A stretch of DNA of 64,000 bases from Epiperipatus broadwayi (GCA_028023455.1 JAQFVV010000003.1:26474001-26538000), one strand, 5' to 3'. Positions 24,250 to 38,707 are shown, counted from the first letter of the stretch. Notes: a model not told the origin generated them from the sequence alone. Translations and numbers: made by a program.

Positions 24250-26440
24250 AAAAGAAAATATCACAAAGCAAGATTAACAAATATGGCTGATAGATAAACT
24301 ATATTGTGCTAAATTTAATTAAAAAGTGTTTCATACTCAAGGCTTTGAGAAATGATACTTTGTTGGGCTAGAGCTCGAACTCTTTTCTTTGCCACAAAAC
24401 AGGATGTTTACATTTTACCGCATCACATAAATGATTCAGAACTTGCAGATAAAATACATGACTGTTACAAACTAAATCTGAGAGAAAAATGCTGTTTGCA
24501 TAAAAAAAAAAAATCAGCATTTATTGTTCAAACTTTTCACTCATTATAAAAAAAATTGACAAATGCACAAAATACACTTTGCAAAAAAATATGCTACATG
24601 GCTTCATGATTTCACATAGCAATATTATTGGTCAGACTGATGCATATGAGTTCCTGCAAGAAGTATGTAACAGCAGAAGTATATACTACAACAGCAGCAC
24701 AAACTAGAGACTGATTCCAGTTATTTTTGGATCTCGCTCTCATATATGCATGAAAGAAGAAACAAAATAATTTTAAATCACCCACAGAAAATCTAAATAT
24801 ATTTGGAGTTAATTAAAATGGTGTGAAAAAGAGTTAACAATGCTATAAGAAAATATGACTATTAAATGACTAGAAAAGCTGGGGAAAAACAGTCACAATA
24901 GTATAAGATATTTTGTAATCTGGTATTAGAAAGAACATGACTTCAATAATACAAAACAAAAAGGTCACATAATTTACTAACACTAGGGATTGAATCATAA
25001 TGTCGTCATAAGAATTCTACAAAGAATTATATATAAAAATAAAGTTGCTTCTTCAATAATATCATTTGTAATGTATACATTTTAATGAAAGTGAAATGCT
25101 AAATTAAAGTTATGAAATATAGAAAAACTTCTGTAATGGATAGAATAATTTCAAATAAATTGCCAATACTTAAATATAAGGAATTATGGTCCTACCATTT
25201 CTGTCTAATAATATACATTATCTTCAAAAAATATTATATTCAAGCTAAGCAAATGAAAAAGCTGGATTTAAAAATAGATTATAATACAACAGATTATATT
25301 TTCATATTAAAAAATATTATAGAAAAAATTAACAACTACAAGTTGGCATTTTACATAGTTTTGTAAATTGTAAATAAATATTGCACTGGGAACATCATTA
25401 TTAAATTCTGAAGATTTTTGATCAAAATATAACAGCATTGATTAGAATACATAGTAATGTTAGAAGTATTAGAATGGTAAGAGATTATGGTGGGATATCT
25501 CCCTCTGTTCAAAATCTTTTACATATTACAGAAAGAATTTAGTAGAATACACTGAGAAATTAATGGGCTAAAATTATATAGAAGTTGTTTTAATGATTTT
25601 GATTTTGCAGATAATTATATTGTTTTTGCAAATAATGTTTTTGAGCTTTGAGAAGTGTTTTAAAAGAAACATTCTTTAAAAAAAAAATTATAAATAAATT
25701 AGATAATTGAATGACTTAATTACTTCTTAGTTCATAACAAGTTTGAACACTAATCCCAGGCATTATCTGTAGACCTTAAGTTTTAGGGTCTACTATTCTA
25801 GCACTGCACTTAACCATGCAAGACTAAAGAAATATTTAAATAATGAATATTTTAATCAGATTACTAATGCAGATAGAAAACATTAATCAAAGAATTACAT
25901 GTTAATTATTACTTTCAATTGAAATAACTTAAATATTAGAAGAAATATGCTTGTGCACCTGAAAAGATTTTTTAATAATAAATATGTTCTATCCTTAATT
26001 ATATACATGCTTATGACTTGGATCTTAATAAAAGAGTATGGAGATGTTTTTGTTGAAATTAACAGGGAAGAGTCGAAAGTGAAATTTATGAGTAAGAGAA
26101 AGAACAGATATCATTGCCATTCTTGAAAGAATTATGAGTAAATGATCTGCTGAAAGTGTTTTGGGAAAATGAATATAAAATTAATTGAATGGTTAGTTGC
26201 TCAGAGAGATTATGTAATTTTCAGACATTATTAAATAAATAAAAGTTTGAGTTTAATTCTATCATCAGATTAAGAATGGGACTTTCTGAAAGAGATGGCA
26301 ACAGATGAATATCTAAAGTTTCAAATTGAATCCTAAGACATTTTAAAAAGGAGGTGACATAGAAAAATAAAGCTATGGATTAGAGAAAATAGATTAAGAG
26401 TAGAAAGATCTTGATCCTCCAGCTGATTGATAATTTTGTA
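24250..26440 (+). mobile_element. Decayed RTE-clade LINE (APE end, RT, 3' end)
   Basis: KAGFKNR..TTDYIFILKNIIEKINNYKL (about 25255-25345, partly in ORF 25112-25366), DFDFADN (about 25595-25615), and weaker APE and C-terminal motifs. Confidence 0.6.
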
Positions 26441-27742
26441 AATGGTGACCATGTAAAAAGTTTTCTACATTGCAGTTGATTATAGTATAATTTTTATTTT
26501 ATGAAATTTTACATACACATTTATTTATGAAACATGCTCAGTAATCAATACTAAGGAGAAAATATAATAGGAACTGACACCCAGTAGTGGATATATTTGG
26601 AAAATTAATTATTTTTAAATTTAAAAGGCACTATAAATTAATATGATTAATTTATTTTTTTATAATTTGAAAAAGTTTTATTTGGATGACTGAAAAACTA
26701 TTAATTTAGAATGAATTGTGTCTAATTTGAATAAACACATTAAAAAAATAATAAAATTACTAAATGATTTTTTTTTTTAAAGAAAAAAAAAGAAATATCT
26801 GCAAAATAATAAACATTATTATTGTGATTACCCACTTTCTATTTTATCTTTTAATCACTTTTAGTTTTTGTTAGAAAAGAAAAAAATATTTGTTTTTGAG
26901 AGAGGAAGGGAGAACTTATCTTCAAATCAGCTGACATTAAGTTTGTAACATGTCAATAAATTTTTCAAAAAAAGATTTTGGTTAAAAAATTGAGAGGAAG
27001 GGTTTTTGAATATATATAAATAAATATACAGAATTAAAATTATTAATTTAAATTTCCAGCAGTATATGATGCTTTTTTTAAAAAAAAAAATGAATAGTTA
27101 TAATGAAAAGAGAGTAGTAATAAGTGCATTATTGGATTATTCATCTCTAACAAAATTGCTAATCTGATAACATCGCAGGGCCCAAGAATGTTAGATTAAC
27201 AATATTAAATACAATTTAATTGTTAAATTCTTATTTGCTTTATTAATAAACTTAATACTGGAAGACAAAAAAATTTATAATGAAATTTAATTTTTTATTG
27301 TTTTGAACAAATTTGTTTTTCTTAGTGCATTTACAAAATTTTTTGTGTGAACCTTACTGTTTCATTAATAATCACTATTTGCAATTTTTTATGGATTATA
27401 TATTAACCTGGAGTGAAATTGAAAGAGTGAAATTGAAAGATTTTTCCCCATTAGCTGAGATTTTCCAAGTAAGCTGAGTGATTTTTTTCATTGGAGAGTT
27501 ATTAGTTGTATAATAGTGTTTAATTGTTGGAAATATATTGCTATCTTAAATACAGAATAAATCCTGAAAATTTTGATCACTGGGTGAGTGTGATTGCACT
27601 AATGCTCTACTGGTAGAAATTGTATCATTCATTAATTATCTATCTTATATAGAGATTATCTTCAGGGTTTAACCTATATATATATTCTTTGTTCAAACAT
27701 GCTAACTGCTATGTTTGAATAAAGAGTTATATATTTAATATA

Positions 27743-28666
27743 CAGGGTCGCCCAAAAGTAGGTTTACAGTTATCACATAGACTATTTATTTGAAAATTCG
27801 ACACTAGAACAGTGGGAAATTCTTTATACCTGTTAACATAAACATAAACAATTTAATCTCTCAGATGCTCAAAATATCCTCCTTCAACATTGCGGCACAA
27901 ATTCCGCTCTTCATCAATTTCTGTGAATGTGAGATGAATGTAATCTTTTAAATCATTGTTTTGGGTGCTCCATCCTGCTGAAAGAAAAGTTCGTCAAAGT
28001 TAGGTTTAGTTTTGAGTTGTGGCACTACTACTTCATGAAGCATGTCCAGGTAGTTCTCACCATTTACAGTTCTATTAAAAAAATGGGCCCAACAACACCG
28101 CTAGATAATGCACCCCAAACTGTAATGCCAGGCTGGTTTAGTTTAGTCTCTATGGTCAAATGGGGATTTTCATCAACCCAGTACACACAGTTATGCCTGT
28201 TCACATGACCAGATAATTTAAAGCAAGCCTCATCTGATCAAATAATTTTATCCAAAGAGTCACATTCTTCTCCAGTAAATTGTACTAGTCTTGGTCAATA
28301 AGGTTTTAATTTCAGTTTACGCATTAAGCGTTGCAATGAGTTCTTGGTCTGAAGGTGGAGAAGTGTTAAAAGTTTCTTGCCATGCTGTACATACCATCTC
28401 GGCATTTTCAGACTTCCAATACTGCTTTAATATTCATTTCCTTTGCTTTTGATTTAAATTGTTCGCCATTAATCCTGAAATAAAAAAATATCAAGTAAAA
28501 AGTTAGCATTACATAATAAAATAAATTACAATCAGCAAGGAAAAAGCTGTTTATGTAAGTTAGATTTATACTCTGAGGAATGTTTTATATTGGTATTATT
28601 AAGCAAATAACTTCAACCATATAAAAGGTAGTTTAATAACTGTAAACCTACTTTTGGGCCACCCTG
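27743..28666 (-). mobile_element. Internally deleted Tc1/mariner-superfamily transposon (maT/DD37D-like), 924 bp, 31-bp TIRs, TA TSD
   Basis: TIR CAGGGT(C/G)GCCCAAAAGTAGGTTTACAGTTAT at both ends with one mismatch, flanked by TA (27741-42, 28667-68). Minus strand encodes MANNLNQ.. (ATG at 28469), [39 protein letters not shown] and a terminal GGYFEHL. Confidence 0.93.
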
Positions 28667-29613
28667 TACATGCATGTTATACTCTGAAAATGATCGCTAT
28701 ATAAAAATGTAAGTCAATAAATTCAGAATAAATTATCTTTGTCAAATCTGGAAAGTAAATCAGAATTAGTTGGTGAAACAGATTTTGGTTAAATAATGGA
28801 TATATATATATTTAAATAAAGTCTAGGTAAAAGCATAACAAAGAATAAATAAAGTGTTTGCTTCAAATATTTAATTAACATAATTATTTTGTTATTTAAT
28901 TTTTAAAGAGTTTCTTATAAATGTTTCTTTTTTATACCATAATGCAAGCTGGGTGTAAATATAGGTTTAATACATACACGTGCTGTTTTCTAATGATGTG
29001 ATTGTAACATTGGGATCCTGCATGGTTTAGTGCAAAAGTGTTGAAACTTTTTACAACTCCAAACAAAAAAAAAACTATTTTACAAATATTATTGATTTAT
29101 TGAAGTTTTTTAGAATATACATTTTTTTAAAGATGAATGATCAAAGACTTTTTGTAGGATAAAACTATCAAATATCACTATTTTAATAAGATGCATATAA
29201 GAAAAAATAATGTTTTCATTGTTGTTTTTGATATTTAATAATATAATTATAATTATTATAGTAGGATAGTTCTTTTACACCAACACATAATACTTCACTG
29301 ATCTGGACTTAATCAATGAAGTATTGAATAGCTTCACGCTCGCAGATCTAACTGCTTCAGCTTCACCTATTTAAATAGAAAGTAGGTTGAAGTAAAGAAG
29401 GGGTTCCCCTTGGGTTCCCCTCTTTTCTTCCATAACGTAAGCTTGTGGTTAAACACCTGTAGATGTCCCTACTATCGCATTTTACACGCATATTCTCGAG
29501 GTTATAGCCTCAGTAAATATTACTTACGTAAACTATGTGCGTTTAATAAATTTATAATTCCAACACATAATATAAATAAGCATTTATTTCTATAGCGCTA
29601 TGTTTTATAAACT

Positions 29614-30018
29614 GTAATACATTAAAGATCAGCCTTTTCAAGCTATTGTGCATGCGCTTTTTGCGAGTGTTAATAATAAATGAATACTTTCATTCCCAAC
29701 ACAAGATATAGTATTTATGAAAGAATAAAATGAATCCACTTATTCTTTCCAACCCAAATGCTTATATATGGGCAAATCTTAAGTACTTCAGACATCGTAA
29801 ACAGTAATTTAAAGTGAGTGGTCTATCCTCACGCTTTCATTTCCAGTACTTAAGATTTTCCCATATATAAGCATTTGGGTTGGAAAGAATAAGTGGATTC
29901 ATTTTATTCTTTCATAAATACTATATCTTGTGTTGGGAATGAAAGTATTCATTTATTATTAACACTCGCAAAAAGCGCATGCACAGTAGCTTGAAAAGGC
30001 TGATCTTTAATGTATTAC
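29614..30018. repeat. Near-perfect fold-back palindrome: 174-bp arms (29614-29787, 29845-30018) and a 57-bp spacer
   Basis: The arms are reverse complements; I found only two mismatches by eye. Confidence 0.93.
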
Positions 30019-31539
30019 CAACACATAATGTTTATGAAGTTCAACAATTGAAGATTTTTTAATAGGTTTTATCACTAATTCATTATATAAAAGATATTTA
30101 CATCCTAGTAAAAAAATATTTTAATAATTTAACTTTAACTAATAATGTCAGAAATATTAAACGAAAATTGTTTTACATAAATTTTTAAAATAACATATAA
30201 AACATCTTTATTATAACTTATCAAATAAAATCACTTTCCTTTATTTTTGTTTTCGGTTTTTTTTTCATTTCAATTAAGTGTTTCAATTATGTTGAATATT
30301 AAATGCATTTAACACTGCAAAATTAAACTCCATCTAAACATTTCAATTACATTAAAATCTTTTGAAAAATTGTGAAACTGGTTTATTTGATATATTACAT
30401 ATAAAAATAAATTGTATAATAAATTGCTTGGGAAATTATATGATGTTTAAGCATTGTACTGGCAGATTAAGCATCTGTTCCTTTCATTTAATCCAAGCTA
30501 TATATTTTAAGCACATTACCCAGCTGAGGGCTGATCTTATAACCTTCGGTTTTGAGTCCGCAGCTCGAGTAAATTAAACTGTCTGAGTTTAATAAATAAA
30601 TAATAAAAAGTGTGATTAAAAAATAAAAGTTTATGATATTGGATTTTTTTATTCAAATACCATTTATCAGAGTTAATACAGTTAGTTGATTTATAAGTCT
30701 GTTAAATAGTACACGTGTAGTAGGATTTAATTAAAATTCTAGAATGTTTCATTTTATTTTAATTAATAGAATCTATTGCATTTTCTTGATATTAAAAAAA
30801 GTTTTAGTTGCTCAATTATCTGAATACGTACTTTATTAAAAAAAATTTGAAGAAAACTAAAATGGTCTCATAAGTAGAAATAATTTTTGTGGTACTTTTG
30901 ATAATCTTTTTGAAGAAATATAATAAATCTTTCAATAATCACAGAAGAAAAAAATGTTTTAGTTCTACTTCCACAACATTTCATTTTTGAATTCAATTAT
31001 AATAACTTGAAAGAGAAAATTGTATAACATAGTACAGTAGAGATCAGTCCCATGTCAGTGAATGCAGTGAAGTAAATGAATATTGTGACACTTCCAAAAT
31101 GATCATTAAGAAAAGACTATCTAAGATAGAATAAAGACCCATGCCAGTGAATAATGCACATAAATATAGAAATAAATATGATGAGAATATTGTGACATTT
31201 TCAAAGTCATTTTCATTGATAAAAAAAAAGAAAGAATCTGAATATGATAAATTCTGCATAACAATTAACAAGTAAAGGTTGAGTTACTGTAGGTGTGGTT
31301 TTAAAAATACAACAAACTACTTATTAAATATTCTAACAACCATATTAGATGATTTTCTGAAAAATCATATATTAAGAGAATGCTTTCCAAAATCTTTGTA
31401 GAATTAACTGCACATAAAAGAAAGACTTTAATTCTTATATACATTGAATGTATAAATAAGATTAATATCCAATAATGCTCTTTACTAGAATTATTTCAAA
31501 TAACAGACATTGCAATGCCATATCTTTTTTTTATTCATA

Positions 31540-31720
31540 ACTTGAATATTAAGTACCATGTTCTTCTGATCTATAATATCCAAATCCTCTTCATCATAAT
31601 TCATTAGTTTTTAGGATATCTATAACTAAATGATTCATTTCCATATTTAACCACATTGGCTTTTAACTTAATTCGTAGTTCACATATACCAAGTTCCAAT
31701 GGAGATTTTAAAAGTTTCAG
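31540..31720 (-). mobile_element. Decayed RTE-type APE N-terminus
   Basis: The minus strand reads KISIGTW and EMNHLVIDILKTNE, resembling IGTWNV..EM..IDILG.SE. Confidence 0.45.
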
Positions 31721-34700
31721 ATTTTCTTTCCTATGTAATGACATTTGCAACTAGGCATTCAAATATTTTTACTTTTTGAGAAAGAATTTTAGCTTAGTGT
31801 CAATAATGATAACTAGAATGCTTTCTGGTCTTAGGAATCCATTTATCAGCTCTATAATATTCTGTTTTTACAGTTATTTGTATAATTTTCAATATGTCAT
31901 AGTTTAGATTCATTTCTGTGTTGTTGTCATGACTATGGTCAGCTGCCATTAAGATCATTGTACATCACTTTCCTTCAATATTAATATTAATAATAACACA
32001 TAAAAAAACCTAAATGATAGAAGAAAGTACAACAAAATATGAGAAAGTAATGAAAAGATGCAGACACTTCAAAAGAATTTTTAGAGAAAATTAACCTCAG
32101 TATAGATTTTGTATAAAATGGATATGGCAATGATACTTCAAAGATGTCATGAAATATAGTGATGAAGAAATCTATAGTGATTTTTACATTGTAAATGTAA
32201 AGCATAAAAAAGTTTAAATCATTACATTCTTGGTTGACATAAAAGATAAATACAGTTGCAATTTTCTTCTACTTTTCCAAATTAAACTTTTTCAGCATTA
32301 ATAACTATTAAAAACAGCAAAAGAGAGAGAAAGAAATTAATCATATCAATCTCAAATATTATTAACTATGTTATTTATATATAATTTTATTGTAATTATT
32401 GTTTTTCAATTTGGTTATTGAATATATATATATATTAATTAAAATTATAAATTATTGATTATTTTTGTAATTATTTTATTAAAGAATTGTTTTGTAATTT
32501 AAGCTAATTAATAATAATATAAATATATTAAACAAATTATATAAGTAGAAAATATGTTAAAAAGCAGAAAGTACAGTGGAATATATATATATATCAAGTT
32601 AGAAGTATTACCATTAGAAAAAGATTGAAAAACATTGATCTAAGGCATTTTCCAGTCACACTTTTAATAATGAGCCTGTGATATTTCTAAAAAATCAACT
32701 TTTCTACAGTACTTAAGATTTTAAATAATTAACTCATAGAAATGCTAAACTGAATCTAATATAACTTTGAATAAATTGGTTGTTCGTCATAGTATGACCA
32801 TAGGCTTTTGTCTCAATTATCTTTTTGGTAAGAATGCTATTTAAATTTTACAAATAATTTTCATTTCTGTATAATTTTTTTAATAAGTATACTTATTTTT
32901 AATTTTTTTAAAAAATATTTAATATGGTAAACTAATTTATTTTGTCAATACTTTTGAAGATCGGTGAAAAAATATTAATTTTTCATCTGTTTTCTATATA
33001 ATCATTAATAAGAATTTAACTGTTCAGTCTGCAATATTTGTTACCTTTTCTTTTTCATTAAAAGTGTTCATGAATTTAAACTATTAGTTATAGGTGAACT
33101 TAAACTTTTTTGAAATCACCATATTAATACGTGTTAGGTTTTTTTTTTTTAATGAAATTATAATCATTGTAATGAAATTCATCAAATGCTGAGCAATAAA
33201 TTATAGCACAAACATTTAATTCTTGTAACTTTTTGCTCAATCTTTAATAATTTAACTTTGTCAGTCCTCATTTCATACTGTGTAGCTTTTGTAACTTCAT
33301 TCATTATTCAAGCAGTATGTTGTTCTTACCTACTAGTCTTGGTCATTTTTTCCATTTTTAAATTTCAGTTACTGCTTCATATTTGTAATTATCTTTGCTT
33401 TGAAACTGCTTTATTCAACTAAACTTTTTTTTTTGTCTAATAATTTTTTTCCAATATTATGTCTTAGTTGTTTGGTGTTAAGTTTATATATATATATTTT
33501 TTATCCTTTTTTAATATTTGTTTTTTTGTTTTTGTTTTTATCCTTACTTACCTAATGCATCTTTTTATTATTATTTTTTTATTGTAGCAATCATTAAATT
33601 TTTCTGAAATAAATGAATATTGTCTTTTGAATTTTATTAATCTTATAGTATTACATTCATTTTATTTGAATACATCAATAGTCCATTTCTTTCTAGGTTC
33701 AGTTTTTCTTATTTTCATATAGTTTGATCTTAATTCTATCATGTATAAATTGTGTTCTAAAATTATATCAGTTCCATAATATCTATAGATAATTTTAATA
33801 TTTTACTTCAACTTAATTTGAATAAATATAAAATTCTAGTGTTTTTTTATCATATGAAGCTGTTTATATGCAAATTAAGTATGCATTATTACAAACTTAG
33901 TTTTTTTGTTGTTATTTATTCTTAATTTACAATCCCTTGTCATCTTTTTTTTTTTTTAGCCTATGACTACATTTTTATTCTCCATTATATTAAAATTATT
34001 TTCACTTTTTTAAATTTCTCATGTCTGATTATCATCATTAGTATGAATGTCTTTTTATTACATATATCTGAAAATGCCATCAACTTTGTTTTCAAACGTC
34101 TTTATATTTTAACATCACTGATGTAGCTTATGTATCCATTACTAACATTTTTATTGTATTGGATCCAAAGCAATACCAATTCCATTGTACCTGTTTTTCC
34201 TAGTTAATAATCTTTTGATTATCTTTAATATTTTCCACAGCCTGTCAAGTTGGTTTCACAAAGTTCATCAATATCTATTGTTTTTGCTTTTTTTTATATA
34301 GCCAATAAATATATTTTTTTAGTTAATCATAATATTAACATTACAACTTTTTGCAATAATTTTTCATTCTAATAACTTTGGGGATTTTTTTGATAAATAT
34401 ATTCAATCTTGAAAACAGTACTCTCAGAGATAGTATTCCATTTACTTCAGTTATAATCCATAACAATATCTTTAAAAACATTTCTAAGATCTGTGAAAAG
34501 AGTCAGGATGGAAATGTTTCCAAGTATTTAAAAATTAGTTAAAATTATTTTTTCTATTCACAAAACATTGAATATTATGTGAATTAATAAAGTTAATCTT
34601 AAGTAAGAAGTGTGTTGCTTTTAGAGGGGTGAGATTTATTAAGAGTTACAGATGGATGAGAAATAAACCATAGTTTGGAATGTGAGTGAGGAAAATGAAA

Positions 34701-35168
34701 AAAAGTAATTTAGTTGAATTTATGCTGCCAAAAATTAATTGAATAACATTAATAATATAAAATTTTGAAAAGAATGGAGAAAATTGGTATACTTAAGGAG
34801 GAAATTGAAAAAAATTGACCTAAGCATTCGTTTTGCCTATTGTATGGCTTCTTAGTTTTGGATATAAAAAAGTCTGCTGCAATAAAATGTTGTTTTAATA
34901 TGACATTAGTTGAGTGATATGATGATTTGCTTTAGTGTATAAAAAAAAGAGATGTCTGATTATAATTTATAATTAAGATAACTAAAATTATAGTTGTTGA
35001 TCTAGTATTAGTGATATAGTTAGACATGCAAGATGTGTGGATTCAAAATCTTAGAGTGTTTAAAAATCTAAAATCAATAGTCTTGAAGAGCATAATAAAA
35101 GAAGTTGCTAAATGGGTACAGTTAATAAAGTTTCTCTTTGAAGAAGACAAGTCAGAAATGTTCTGGAA

Positions 35169-38127
35169 TCTATATTGTAACAGGACATCGGTTTTCACAA
35201 AAAAGAGGGAGCACATCTTGCTACAGTCAGACTTAGGATCTTAGGGTAGGATGCTAGAACTGAAGCAATGAAATTCTAAGTCTATGATTACATCTATCTT
35301 CACTATTCTTGCTCAATAATTACTAGGTAAATTTAGACATAATTTAGAACAGTGGTCTTCAACCATCGGGCCGCGGAAGTTTTCTGCTGGGTCACGCTAG
35401 ACTGGCAAGAAAGTTAGTTAGTAATAACAAAATAATAAGATTTTAGACTTTTAATTAATATAAACAGTTTTTATTTATTTTTTCATCGCATTTTTACCCT
35501 GTTAAAAAATAAGACACAGAACAAAAACGAAATCTAATCAATCATACATAAATTAATTTGTTTTTCTATTTATCTCAGATGTTTATGGAGAGATAGAATT
35601 AAATTTATTATTTTTCTAAAACAATTCAAAATATATAAAAAAAAGGTTTTTTATTATACAAACTCCAGTTGTCTTTTGATAGCCAATCACGGTCGCTTGT
35701 CAGCATTTATGTGTTAAAACAAGATCAAAACTTTTGACTTTTTCAAGTTTCGTTTTCTTTTTTTTTTTTGTTTAAAAATACGCCCACTTTTTTTTTTGGC
35801 CTATAAGGTGATATTTTTTGGTTTTATTTGTATACTGCTAATATACAAAAACTTTTATTTTTAAAACCAATTTAAAACAAAAAATAACTTTGCGATTTTT
35901 TTTTTTTTTGCTTTATTTCTATTACACGCGATATCTATTTTACCATTTTTTAAAAAAAACTTTTCCTATTAATTACATTTTTGGATCCTTTCAACACACC
36001 AGCACAAAAAAAAAAAAAAAATACAATAACATCAAAACTTCAGACTTTTACACGTTTCGTTTTATTTTTTCAGATTTAAAATATGGCGAATTTTTTTTTG
36101 ACTGTACAGTGATTAATTACGCGATTTTTATTTTGCCCTTACTACTATCAAAAGACAACCTCCATATATATATAACTATCTTGTATATTTAACATTAAAT
36201 ACAGATACATTTATCATAATCATTGCCATGTAATTACACTAGCTATGATATTTCCCAACATTCAGGTGAATAACATTTTATTCTTGAATGTTTTAACAAT
36301 GAAATAATAAACATAGAAATGCAAGCACATGAATGAGAACGATTGGTATTGTATTGTTTTCTGTGTTCAGCATGTGAAGGTAAGCAACACCATCACAATA
36401 CACAATAACTAGTGTGCTGTTTTGGTCAGTTATAACAATTATGTTTATGTAAGGCTAAGCAGGTTACATGTTTACGAAAATTTATCTGTAAACTTCTGCC
36501 GGTTCGCGAAATCTTATCCTTATTTTTTCCGGGCCGCAGGTGTGAAAAGGTTGAAGACCACTGATTTAGAATAATTCGTCTACCTCTCATTCCTCTTTCA
36601 GTCTCCATTATACCATGATATTCAAACTCATGGAAAATTCACAATCGGCTCTCTTCAGGGATGGATTTAATAATCTCGTTTATTATTATACCTCTATGTA
36701 AGCAATGACCAATAAAAATGTATTCTTAAAATATTTATAATATTAACATATATATAAATGTATAACTATTAATGATTAATCTGTTTATTTATTAATATAA
36801 ATATAATAAGAGAATGATTAATTAAAGATCAGATTAATAATTCAATAATATTTAATAAACAACGAAAATGTAATATAACAAGGTAAATAAATATAATAAT
36901 GAAAAACAAGGATGACTTTTTATTATTATAAAAGATTAATAATTAATATTCCCATTCCAAATCTCATGATAAAATTTCATACCCTGACAATCTTTTCTAA
37001 AGAAAGGATATAATTCAAATTAATATGTATACAACAAATAATAATAAACGAATTCAAAAGATCATTGCTTTAGATTATTTATTAATACATTTACAGTCAT
37101 TTTATCTTTGATTCATAATTATTATTATGAGTCACTCATTTTAAATATAAGACCCCTTTTGTAAGTATCTGTAAAATATATATATAACTAAGTTTAAGTA
37201 GATCAAATTAGTAATAATAATAACTGTTTGGTTAATATCTGTTAGAAATAATCAAAATCTTATCTCATCTCATTTAGATTTAATTTTATTTAATATTATT
37301 AATATATATATTTAGCTGAATATTTTTCCTTTATGTAATTAAAATGGATGCTCCCATTTCTGGAAAGATAAGCTACCAAATTTGAAAACGAAAATCATTA
37401 AGATAATCATATTAAAATGATAAAGAATAATAAAACAAAATATATAATTAAATAAATAAAAATTAATTTCATGAGCTAAGTAAGAATTGTCCATTATGTC
37501 GAAGTACTTATCCATTGGTTTAGTAGATATATATTTATTCCAAATTGATGGATTATCAGCATTATCCAATTGTTTTATTATATCCTTTAAAGATCGATGT
37601 TCTTAATCACCATTTATCCACATAAACGTTCTACACATTTAATATTTTAGTTGGCATGAGAATTGGTATTGAATTATTAATCTGATCTCTATCATTATCT
37701 TATTACATTTATATTAATAAATAAACAGATTAATCATTAATAGGTATACAACATGTATTTATATACATATGTATGTGTGTGTGTGTTAATATAAATATTT
37801 TAGGAATACATTTTTATTGGTCATTGTTTATATAGAGGCATAATAATAAATAAGATTATTAAATCCATCCCTGAAGAGAGCCAATTGCGAATTCTCCATG
37901 AGTTTGAATATTGTGGCATAATGGAGACTGAAAGAGGGATGAGAGGTGGACAAATTAGTCTAAATTTACCTAGTAATTATTGAACTAGCATAGTGAAGAT
38001 AGATGTAATCATGGACTTATAATTTCATTGCTTCAGCTCCAGCATCCTACCCAAAGACCCTAAGTCCGACTGTAACAAGATGCACTCCCTCTTTCTTGTG
38101 AAAACCGACGTCCCATTACAATATAGA
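35169..38127. mobile_element. About 3-kb structure bounded by about 460-bp inverted arms (35169-35349 plus 36572-36847, versus 37667-38127); left arm interrupted by a hAT MITE
   Basis: After removing the MITE, the left arm aligns to the reverse complement of 37667-38127 along its length. No TSD identified. Confidence 0.7.
35350..36563 (+). mobile_element. hAT (Buster/Charlie-type) MITE, 1214 bp
   Basis: 15-bp TIR CAGTGGTCTTCAACC; exact 8-bp TSD ATTTAGAA (35342-49, 36564-71) with central TA. Confidence 0.93.
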
Positions 38128-38268
38128 ATAGCTATTTGCTACAATTTAATTTACACATGTTTTTAAAAATGTATAGAGGATTGTATGAACTATTATCTAG
38201 TATCCATTTGTTAGTAATTCTTGCAGAGGTGACTCTAGTAAAGAGAAAATAAATTACTGCCATTATGC

Positions 38269-38707
38269 AGATTAATTAAATGGAAGTTAGAGGATTCATA
38301 TTTTGAAATAAAAATAAAGGGCTGCATTGGTCTTAGGTAAAAATGACAAAAAATAAAAATAAAGTAATATCTTATTTTTTATTATTTGAAGATTATCTAG
38401 AAAGATAAATGTCATATATCAAAAGTGTGTTTTGATTGCTATTATTCCAGCATATCTATCGATTTATCAAAGTCTGCTAATACCAAGATTAATTAAATGG
38501 AAGTAAGAGGATTCTTATTTTGAAATAAAAATAAAGGGCTGCATTGGTCTTAGGTGAAAATGACAAAAAATAAAAATAAAGAATGTAAAATCTTATTTTT
38601 TATTATTTGAAGATTATTTAGAAAGATAAATGTCAAATATCAAAAGTGTGTTTTAGTTGATATTATTCCAGCATATCTATCGATTTACCAAAGTCTGCAA
38701 ATACCAA
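38269..38707. repeat. Tandem duplication, 2 x about 217 bp
   Basis: AGATTAATTAAATGGAAG begins at 38269 and again at 38486. Confidence 0.9.

Noticed and set aside
30520-30575. GC-rich stem-loop GCTGAGGGCT...AGTCCGCAGC with an inner AACC-TTC-GGTT hairpin as a ribozyme candidate
   Set aside because: No hammerhead or HDV-like core could be fitted and there is no second copy in the window.
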